Translations under genes and position numbers: made by a program
The notes under the pieces: model-generated
The model's database searches: none
Told to the model about the DNA's origin: nothing
The model's input: the letters and a program-made list of their open reading frames with translations, nothing else
Shown: positions 1-6,086 of the stretch, in pieces
Numbering within the stretch: position 1 is the stretch's first letter
Layout of the letters: each line of letters opens with the position of its first letter
Source of the DNA: a bacterium ADurb.Bin157
Lineage (GTDB): Bacteria > Muiribacteriota > Ozemobacteria > Ozemobacterales > Ozemobacteraceae
Assembly: GCA_002070375.1 (NCBI GenBank)
Contig: MWDD01000061.1
Coordinates: forward strand, 1 to 14,222
DNA: 14,222 bases
Reading direction: 5' to 3'

Positions 1-1169
1 TCGCCGACTTTAATATGCTTATTCCAAGAAGAAGAGGTTGGCATATTAAAATTTGGAGTAATTAAATAGCTTTTATATCCGAAATTTTTTAAAAAATCAG
101 GAAGTACTAATCCAAGCTTTTCAGGTGGCTGCAAAAGAATGTTTATAGGAAAAGAGCCGTTGAATATGCTGTGCAAGGCGCTTAAGGTTCCGTTAGAAAC
201 GGAATGATGGTTGCCAAACTCAAGTCCGCGTTTGCAGTAGGTAGCGGTGCGGGGCATATATTGCTTGAAATAATCTCTTTTAATGCTTTCGATAATAATA
301 TACACGATTTTTTTTGGCAGTGATTCTTTTGTAAGCTGAATTTGCGGCTGAGAATAGCATTTGGCAATATCTATTTTAAAGGGCTGATTAAGTAAAGCTT
401 TTATAGAAGATGATTTAGACAGTGCCGGGTGAGGTGGCAAGGGCAGTGAGGCTGTGGTTATTCTGATAGAAATATACTCGGCTAAGCTTAATCCTGTGCA
501 AAAATAGTTAAAGTGAATTAAGTTGATAATGAGACAGATTAAGACTATTACGGTAATTTTTAGCAAATGAAGCGGTTTATTTAAAATTTTTGTTTTTCTT
601 TTGACGGCAAAAATCAATGGTGCGAGAGCCAGCATCAGCAAATCAAAAACAAACCTGAATATGCTTGTGTCGATAAAAGATAACGCGTTAAAGAATTCTT
701 TTGACACTTGTGGCATGTATATAAGCTGTCCGAGGCTTATATGTATTTTAGTTGTGGTAAGAAAAATGCGATCTGCGTAAAGCCAAATAATTAATAGCAG
801 ATTGATTATGTAAAATATTATCTTTATAGTTCGATATTTTGGGAGAGCTGAAATAATCAGCTCTTGAATCGATAAAAGCATAATACTGCAGTAAATAGCA
901 CATATCACCAACCAGTTTATCATGTTATGGCCATCATAAATGTATATAATTGCCATTATTGAAGTTAGCAAAGTTAGATGAAGAGTGAAGTTTTTGAAAA
1001 AGTCATATTTTTCTGAAAGAATATATATGGCAAGAGCAGCGGTTATAAATATGTGTTCGGGTGCAAAATTATGAAATAAGTTAAATTCGGGCAGAGGGTA
1101 TATTTGCCATATTACGCCAGCACCTAAGATAATTATTCCGATTATTTGTATTTTAATGGCGTTAGTCAA
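1..1169 (-). CDS. Sulfatase-like hydrolase/transferase with an N-terminal polytopic membrane domain (LTA-synthase / OpgB / phosphoethanolamine-transferase-like). It is partial: the C-terminus lies beyond position 1.
   Basis: I translated the minus strand by hand. An open frame runs from the stop at 1193..1191 down to position 1 with no stop, so it is absent from the ORF track. A candidate TTG start lies at 1169..1167, 6 nt after GGGAGA. The N-terminus is very hydrophobic (e.g. 'IQIIGIIILGAGVIWQIY', 'LVICAIYCSIMLLSI', 'KIIFYIINLLLIIWLY'), giving about 5 TM helices. It is followed by 'KKIVYIIIESIKRDYF' and 'GLEFGNHHSVSNGTLSALHSIFNGSFP', which resemble the metal-site/nucleophile-Thr region of LtaS/OpgB/EptA-type alkaline-phosphatase-superfamily enzymes. 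Confidence 0.6.
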   Translation of the reverse strand, partial: MTNAIKIQIIGIIILGAGVIWQIYPLPEFNLFHNFAPEHIFITAALAIYILSEKYDFFKNFTLHLTLLTSIMAIIYIYDGHNMINWLVICAIYCSIMLLSIQELIISALPKYRTIKIIFYIINLLLIIWLYADRIFLTTTKIHISLGQLIYMPQVSKEFFNALSFIDTSIFRFVFDLLMLALAPLIFAVKRKTKILNKPLHLLKITVIVLICLIINLIHFNYFCTGLSLAEYISIRITTASLPLPPHPALSKSSSIKALLNQPFKIDIAKCYSQPQIQLTKESLPKKIVYIIIESIKRDYFKQYMPRTATYCKRGLEFGNHHSVSNGTLSALHSIFNGSFPINILLQPPEKLGLVLPDFLKNFGYKSYLITPNFNMPTSSSWNKHIKVG

Positions 1170-1229
1170 GAGCGGTCTCCCAAAAAGCAGTCAATACTTT
1201 ACATGATCATTTGAATATAGTATCTTTTG

Positions 1230-1248
1230 TTTGTCTTGCCAAGACAAA
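1230..1248. promoter_or_regulatory. 19-bp palindrome (9-bp arms) TTTGTCTTG-c-CAAGACAAA in the leader or start region of the HEAT-membrane gene. It is a candidate operator or 5'-UTR hairpin.
   Basis: The left arm 1230..1238 reverse-complements exactly to the right arm 1240..1248. It lies between the TTG (1231) and ATG (1261) candidate starts. Confidence 0.35.
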
Positions 1249-1260
1249 ACGATAAAAACA

Positions 1261-2916
1261 ATGACAGATACTAAAAATGATTGGAAAAGTCTTATAATAA
1301 CGTCTTTGTCGTCAGACGACGACGATGCAAGACTTTTTGCATTAGATTTTTTGAGTAACCAAAATTCATTTTCGGTAGACATTCTTGCTGAGTTTATGCC
1401 CCTCTTAGAATCGTCGCTGGTTCACAGAGATACCAGAATCAGATATTTTGCAAGACGTGCGAGAAGCCACATTTTTGATTGTTTTCCTTCGTTAAACATA
1501 GACAAAACAACCGGCCCGGTTCGTGTAAGCGATTATAAACCGGTAATTAAAGAGGGCGAACAGATTACTGCGCAGCAAATTTTGTTGCATAAAATGTATC
1601 TTAAAAGCAGGTATGTGGTTTTTGACGCGATCGAAAGGCTTACCGAAAGCTCAGATCTCTCATTGGTCGAGCCCATGCTTAAGTTTTTAGCCGAGGAAAA
1701 AGACGAATACAAATTATCTTTTTTGGTTCGCAGATTGGGGCGCTTTAAAGATAAAAGAATACCCGAAGCATTGGTGCCGTTTCTCGATCACGAAGATTCA
1801 AGAGTGGTTGCGAACGCATTAGACGCTTTTGCCGAATTTGATTACCCAATGATTCAAAGCCGGTTGTTAGATTTGGCCATGTCTTCTGACAACAGAATAA
1901 GAGCGAATGCCATAAAAGTTTTATATAGGTATTCGCCTTCTATTTCTGAACACCATATTGCCGAAATGATAAAAAGTAAAAATATAGCTCTGCAAGATTC
2001 GGGAGTGTTTCTTTTGAATTGTCTCAGACCCTCAAACTTAGGACCATTGCTTGAAATAGCTTGCAACTCAAGTTATTCGTCTGTTCGTTTGAAGGCAATT
2101 CAAATTAAGCCGCCGTCAGAAGCAGAAAAACAAAATTCTGAAATGCTTTTGAAAGAAGATGTAGAAAAAATAGACCCCAAACGAGACGCTGTCTTTTTGA
2201 TCTGCGTTTTGGTTGTGGCGGCCATACTTTTGGCTTTTGAAACAGAAGCTAACAAGCACCTTCTTATAATATTGTTTATGGGTATAGGGGGTCTAATTAT
2301 GCTAAGACCCGATACAACAAGAACAAGTATTCAAAAATCGGCGCTGTCTATGGGTTTTTTAGCCTCTATGGTATGGGGTTCGACATATCTTATGATAATC
2401 CCCGGTTTAATGGGGCTTTGGCTTACTTGGAACGAAGGAAGAATTAATAAACGGGGTAACCCCGAAAAAGCGGCACCCGAAAATATTACAGCCTGGTTTT
2501 TTGTAATGGGCTCAATTATCATATCGCAGTTAGTACTCGGTGACAGATCTGTTTTGCTGCGTCTTTCAGGTAAATTTGCTCTATTATGCGATCCGGCTTT
2601 ATTAAAAGAGATAGCACCTGTTATAGCGACTCAATATCACTTTGATTTTATACTGTTTGTATTTATTTCGGGCATGGCAATAGGTATCGTCAGATTTAAG
2701 TCTTGGTTTCCGTTAAAACGCGATGAAAACGGCAATATAATTGAATCGGCCGCACAAAAAAAACTCATGCTCATAACGGCTGTGTTTTTGGTGCTTATAA
2801 CATTCTTGTGCTCTGTGCACTATGTCACCGGGCTGATGCGTGCAAGCGTGCTGCGCTCAAAACCGCCTATTGAGATTCTTACAACCGTTATCAACGGTTG
2901 TAAAGATAAGCTATAA
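1261..2916 (+). CDS. HEAT-repeat (PBS-lyase-type) protein fused to a C-terminal domain of about 6 TM helices. Function unknown.
   Basis: The ORF track gives 1231..2916 from a TTG start; an ATG at 1261 ('MTDTKNDW') is the more likely start. The N-terminal ~300 aa show repeated 'D.RVR..A...L' HEAT-like units ('DSRVVANALDAFAEF', 'DNRIRANAIKVLYRY', 'SSVRLKAIQI'). The C-terminal ~250 aa contain hydrophobic helices ('AVFLICVLVVAAILLAF', 'LLIILFMGIGGLIMLRP', 'FLASMVWGSTYLMIIPGLMGLWLTW', 'AWFFVMGSIIISQLVLG', 'FILFVFISGMAIGIV', 'LMLITAVFLVLITFLCSV'). Confidence 0.65.
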   Translation: MTDTKNDWKSLIITSLSSDDDDARLFALDFLSNQNSFSVDILAEFMPLLESSLVHRDTRIRYFARRARSHIFDCFPSLNIDKTTGPVRVSDYKPVIKEGEQITAQQILLHKMYLKSRYVVFDAIERLTESSDLSLVEPMLKFLAEEKDEYKLSFLVRRLGRFKDKRIPEALVPFLDHEDSRVVANALDAFAEFDYPMIQSRLLDLAMSSDNRIRANAIKVLYRYSPSISEHHIAEMIKSKNIALQDSGVFLLNCLRPSNLGPLLEIACNSSYSSVRLKAIQIKPPSEAEKQNSEMLLKEDVEKIDPKRDAVFLICVLVVAAILLAFETEANKHLLIILFMGIGGLIMLRPDTTRTSIQKSALSMGFLASMVWGSTYLMIIPGLMGLWLTWNEGRINKRGNPEKAAPENITAWFFVMGSIIISQLVLGDRSVLLRLSGKFALLCDPALLKEIAPVIATQYHFDFILFVFISGMAIGIVRFKSWFPLKRDENGNIIESAAQKKLMLITAVFLVLITFLCSVHYVTGLMRASVLRSKPPIEILTTVINGCKDKL

Positions 2917-3109
2917 AAGTTATAATCATAATACCTATAATAAGGATCCACAGAGGTTTAAGGACGTTGCTCTTTTCGGCAATAATGCTGAAACTGTCGG
3001 GTTCATTGTCGTCTCCGTCTGTTATGAGCTTGTTCCATTTTTTCAATCCATAAAGCAATAGCATAATTACGGCAATCAATATGATCAGATTTACCAAAGC
3101 AATAAGCAT
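2891..3109 (-). CDS. Small (72 aa) two-TM membrane protein, translationally coupled downstream of the TPR-deacetylase gene.
   Basis: The ATG at 3109..3107 lies 1 nt after the TGA stop (3113..3111) of the upstream gene. There are two strongly hydrophobic segments ('LIALVNLIILIAVIMLLLYGL', 'LWILIIGIMIITFIAYL') separated by an acidic loop. It overlaps the convergent 3' end of the HEAT gene by 26 nt. Confidence 0.45.
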   Translation of the reverse strand: MLIALVNLIILIAVIMLLLYGLKKWNKLITDGDDNEPDSFSIIAEKSNVLKPLWILIIGIMIITFIAYLYNR

Positions 3110-3110
3110 G

Positions 3111-4496
3111 TCAGTTTAGTTCCGCCGCGGTTGATGCAATAGGATGTATGGGCATATCCGGTTTCATTATTTGCGCTCTCTTGCGCTTAATCATCTCGGT
3201 TATAGTTATGAATTCATAACCGCTTTTTTTAAACGCCTTAATAATAATAGGCAATACCGAAGCTGCATGCGAATGAATATCGTGCATTAATACAATGCTG
3301 CCCGGGGAAATAGTTTTCATAACTCGCCACAATATCGCTTCCGGGGTTTTGCTTTCCCAGTCTCTGCTGTCAACATCCCATAAAATTTCGTGCCATTCTT
3401 CTTGTCTGAAAAGGTTCTTTAGTTGGCGGTTTGTTGCACCGTAAGGAGGTCTGACAATTTCGCAAGGTTTTCCTGTTATTCCGCTTATCAGATCGTTTGT
3501 TTTTCTTATGCTTTCAAGGGCTTCATTAGAGGTGCTTTTGACAAGCGACCTGTGATCCCAGGAGTGGTTTCCGATGTCGTGTCCTTCTTCAGAGATTTTG
3601 CCCACAAGTTCGGGAAAAGCCTCGGCTCTGTTGCCTACAACAAAAAATGTTGCTTTCGCCCCCTCTTTTTTTAGAATTTCTAATAGCTCGGGGGTGTTGG
3701 TGCGGTGTGGGCCGTCATCAAAGGTTAGGGCTATAAATTTTTCTTCTTGTGAGGGCTTGAATCCCTTAATTATTTCTATGCAGTCGTCGACAGACAGTGC
3801 TTTGATCCCGTCGGGAACACTGTAAGGTCTTGTTTTTCCGCCGTAAGTTGATGGAGGTATTCCCTTTGAAGTCTGTGTCCCTATAAGTCTTTCATTGTAG
3901 TGTGTCTGCGCCCCTATTTCGGTCGGAGGTTTATAACTTCCTATTGATAATGGCTCTCCGCCTTGCTTCTTGGGAAGTTGAACATGGTATCCAAGTTCAG
4001 AGAGCTGTTTTAATGCCGGCTGAAACTCAGGGCTTTGTGCCAAGCATTGTTGGAAAGCTTCGGCGGCTTTAGCTGTATTGCCGTCTTCTCGTTCTAAGAG
4101 TCCTAAGTTATAATAAATCCAATATGAGTTTGAATAAACCAAACCGGTTCTGAAAATAAGGCGCGCTTGATCATATCTTTTTTGTTGTTTCAGTGCCGAA
4201 CCTAAATTATTGTAGAGATGCACATAGGTCGGGTCTACCGACATTGCGAGTTTCCAAAGATTTATTGCTTCATCTAATTTACCTGCCCGTGCGTAAATAA
4301 TGCCCAAAGAGTTCAAGGCCGGGACATCTCTTGGATTCTTTTTAACACGACTTCTCAAGGCAGAAAAATCTTTGAGCAAATCGGGCGGGCTGCTTTGATC
4401 GTAGCTTTCTGATTGAGAATAGGCACGTTTCATAAGCATTTCACAGCTTATGCAAGCCAAAAATAAACTTAATATTAGGGCTAATGTTTTTTTCAT
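3111..4496 (-). CDS. Secreted/lipoprotein TPR-repeat protein fused to a CE4 (NodB-type) polysaccharide deacetylase domain.
   Basis: There is a signal peptide 'MKKTLALILSLFLACISC' with a possible lipobox Cys. TPR units are present ('LNSLGIIYARAGKLDEAINLWKLAMSVDP', 'YNNLGSALKQQKRYDQARLIF', 'YYNLGLLEREDGNTAKAAEAFQQCL'). The NodB catalytic motifs are 'ALTFDDGP' (Asp-Asp), 'HSWDH' (His-His) and 'RPPYG'. Confidence 0.85.
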   Translation of the reverse strand: MKKTLALILSLFLACISCEMLMKRAYSQSESYDQSSPPDLLKDFSALRSRVKKNPRDVPALNSLGIIYARAGKLDEAINLWKLAMSVDPTYVHLYNNLGSALKQQKRYDQARLIFRTGLVYSNSYWIYYNLGLLEREDGNTAKAAEAFQQCLAQSPEFQPALKQLSELGYHVQLPKKQGGEPLSIGSYKPPTEIGAQTHYNERLIGTQTSKGIPPSTYGGKTRPYSVPDGIKALSVDDCIEIIKGFKPSQEEKFIALTFDDGPHRTNTPELLEILKKEGAKATFFVVGNRAEAFPELVGKISEEGHDIGNHSWDHRSLVKSTSNEALESIRKTNDLISGITGKPCEIVRPPYGATNRQLKNLFRQEEWHEILWDVDSRDWESKTPEAILWRVMKTISPGSIVLMHDIHSHAASVLPIIIKAFKKSGYEFITITEMIKRKRAQIMKPDMPIHPIASTAAELN

Positions 4497-4519
4497 TTGT
4501 ATAAACTATCGACAAAATA

Positions 4520-4555
4520 AACGCCTCTCTTTACGTAAATTAAGAGAGAGGCGTT
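4520..4555 (-). terminator. Candidate rho-independent terminator for the ankyrin-M48 operon.
   Basis: An imperfect 12-14-bp stem AACGCCTCTCTT (4520..4531) pairs with AAGAGAGAGGCGTT (4542..4555) around a 10-nt loop. On the minus strand it is followed by a T-rich tract (TTATTTTGTC), 20 nt past the M48 stop. Confidence 0.5.
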
Positions 4556-4574
4556 AAATTTGCAGTGAACGCTT

Positions 4575-5423
4575 TTAGGCGCAATCAAGGCCGGTGATTT
4601 TTGAATATTCCCCGTCTTTTATCCAGTTGTCGATGTGTTTCGCTCTTGTAATGGTAAAGGGATGACTCATCTTGGCAGTTATGAAGGCTGTGTAAGTTTT
4701 ATTTATGAAAGATTCGTCTGAAGAGTCTTCATAAGCCCTGATCTGGCGCAAAAACTCGTTTTCATCCATGTCGTCGTAATATTTGGGTGTGGCAGCTGCA
4801 AGTTTCATAAATGCCAGATTGGCTGCTCTTTGACTTTGAACGGCGAGAAGGCCGGCTCTGTCGGCAGAAAGCTCCGATTTGCGTTCCCAATCATAGATGG
4901 CCATTTCCAGTCCGGTACTGATCATGCCCGAAAACCCAAAAGTTGCGGCAGAAGCCAGCTCAAGCACCATTTTAAAGTTGCGTGCCATGGTTTTATAGAG
5001 CACGTGGCCGCATTTAATGTGACCAAGCTCATGGGCAAATACAAACATTATTTCTGATTCGCTGAAAAGCTCTAATAGCCCTGATGTCACAACTATAAAA
5101 GGGCGAGTGTCTCCGTAAGTGTAACTGTTGGGAACAGGGTGGGTTGTAACGTATAAATCAGGTTCGGGCACATTGAGTATTTCTGCCGATTCTCTTAAAA
5201 TGCGTCGAATGTTAGGAAGCATTTTGCCGCGAACTTGAATGTTGGATGCTAAATTTGTAATTCTGAAAAATTGTTCAAAACCGATTTCCATTAGTTTTTT
5301 TACGAGGTATTCGAAGCCGGGTATGCCGCGCAGTGCTTTTATGGCTTGTCGGTCCCAGGGGTGCTGAAAATCTTTCGCTTCAAGGTCGGGGAATTTTTTG
5401 AACTCGTGTTTAGTCATATCCAT
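4575..5423 (-). CDS. M48-family Zn metallopeptidase (HtpX/Ste24-like catalytic core), apparently soluble with no TM helices.
   Basis: The 'FAHELGHIKCGH' HEXXH motif is present, with a downstream 'SELSADRAG' (third Zn-ligand Glu region) typical of M48. There are no hydrophobic segments. A strong RBS, AGGAGG, lies 8 nt upstream of the ATG and sits inside the last codons of the ankyrin gene. Confidence 0.85.
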   Translation of the reverse strand: MDMTKHEFKKFPDLEAKDFQHPWDRQAIKALRGIPGFEYLVKKLMEIGFEQFFRITNLASNIQVRGKMLPNIRRILRESAEILNVPEPDLYVTTHPVPNSYTYGDTRPFIVVTSGLLELFSESEIMFVFAHELGHIKCGHVLYKTMARNFKMVLELASAATFGFSGMISTGLEMAIYDWERKSELSADRAGLLAVQSQRAANLAFMKLAAATPKYYDDMDENEFLRQIRAYEDSSDESFINKTYTAFITAKMSHPFTITRAKHIDNWIKDGEYSKITGLDCA

Positions 5424-5996
5424 CTAGTTTCCTCCTGTTTGGGTAAGAAGTAAAATAACTTCTCGCCGGTCTTGCAGAACAGCCAAGTCTTTGGGAGTCT
5501 GCCCGACATGATTTGTGACAAAAGAGTCTGCACCTTTGTTAAGAAGTCTTTTCACTACACTTGCATGCCCTTGCTGGGATGCAATGTGTAAAGGAGTCCA
5601 ACCGTCATTGTCTTTTTCGTTAAGGTCTGCGCCAAGTTCAAGCAGTTCTGTGACAATAGGCTCGCAGCCACGGTATGCGGCCCAGTGCAAGGGTGTCCAG
5701 CCGTCTGATTCTTTTAATCTGAAATTTGCTCCCTTTTTGATAAGCAAAGAAAAGGTCGCGGGCTTTTGACGCGCTGCCGTAAGGTGAAGCGGCGTTACGT
5801 TGTCTAAGGTAAGAATGTCAACAGGAATGCCCTTTGACAACAAAAGTTCTGTAACTTCTACCATTCCCATTTTGGCGGCAACGTGAAGTAAGGTTATACC
5901 GTTTGGTTCTTTAATGTTGAAATTTTCGCCTGAATTTAGGAGCTTAAGGGCCTCTGTCGTATCGTTATTATAGACAGCGTCAAATAATTTATTCAT
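5424..5996 (-). CDS. Ankyrin-repeat protein (about 5 ANK units).
   Basis: It shows repeated 'G.TPLH.AA..G....V..LL..GA' units ('GITLLHVAAKMGMVEVTELLLSKGIP', 'NVTPLHLTAARQ', 'GWTPLHWAAYRGCEPIVTELLELGADLN', 'GWTPLHIASQQGHASVVKRLLNKGAD', 'GQTPKDLAV'). Its TAG stop (5426..5424) directly abuts the M48 ATG (5423). Confidence 0.88.
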   Translation of the reverse strand: MNKLFDAVYNNDTTEALKLLNSGENFNIKEPNGITLLHVAAKMGMVEVTELLLSKGIPVDILTLDNVTPLHLTAARQKPATFSLLIKKGANFRLKESDGWTPLHWAAYRGCEPIVTELLELGADLNEKDNDGWTPLHIASQQGHASVVKRLLNKGADSFVTNHVGQTPKDLAVLQDRREVILLLTQTGGN

Positions 5997-6086
5997 TGCA
6001 AGCCTTTTTTTATTGATATAATCCCTAAAAGTAATTATACTAAAAGACAGTGCAAGTGTGAATTTATATTTTAACGGAGGGATATT
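5997..6086. promoter_or_regulatory. Divergent promoter region between the ankyrin-M48 operon (minus) and the SPFH-zinc-ribbon gene (plus), with interleaved candidate sigma70-like elements.
   Basis: Plus strand: an extended -10 'TGaTATAAT' at 6014..6022, with a weak -35 TTGCAA at 5996..6001 (15-nt spacer). Minus strand: -35 TTCACA (plus coordinates 6062..6057), a 17-nt spacer, then -10 TATAAT (6039..6034). RBS GGAGGG lies 6 nt before ATG 6087. Confidence 0.35.

Noticed and set aside
182-367. 61-aa minus-strand ORF from the track.
   Set aside because: It lies in a different frame inside the long sulfatase-like minus-strand gene, it is low-complexity, and nothing supports it independently.
1191-1382. 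63-aa minus-strand ORF overlapping the HEAT gene start.
   Set aside because: It is antisense to the start of a well-supported gene, and no RBS or domain features are seen.
2840-3061. 73-aa plus-strand ORF overlapping the small 2-TM ORF.
   Set aside because: It competes with the minus-strand 2-TM ORF, which has perfect translational coupling to the deacetylase and a clean hydropathy pattern. The plus-strand product has no recognisable features.
3423-3825. Two 83-aa plus-strand ORFs inside the deacetylase gene.
   Set aside because: They are antisense to a strongly supported CDS with conserved NodB motifs.
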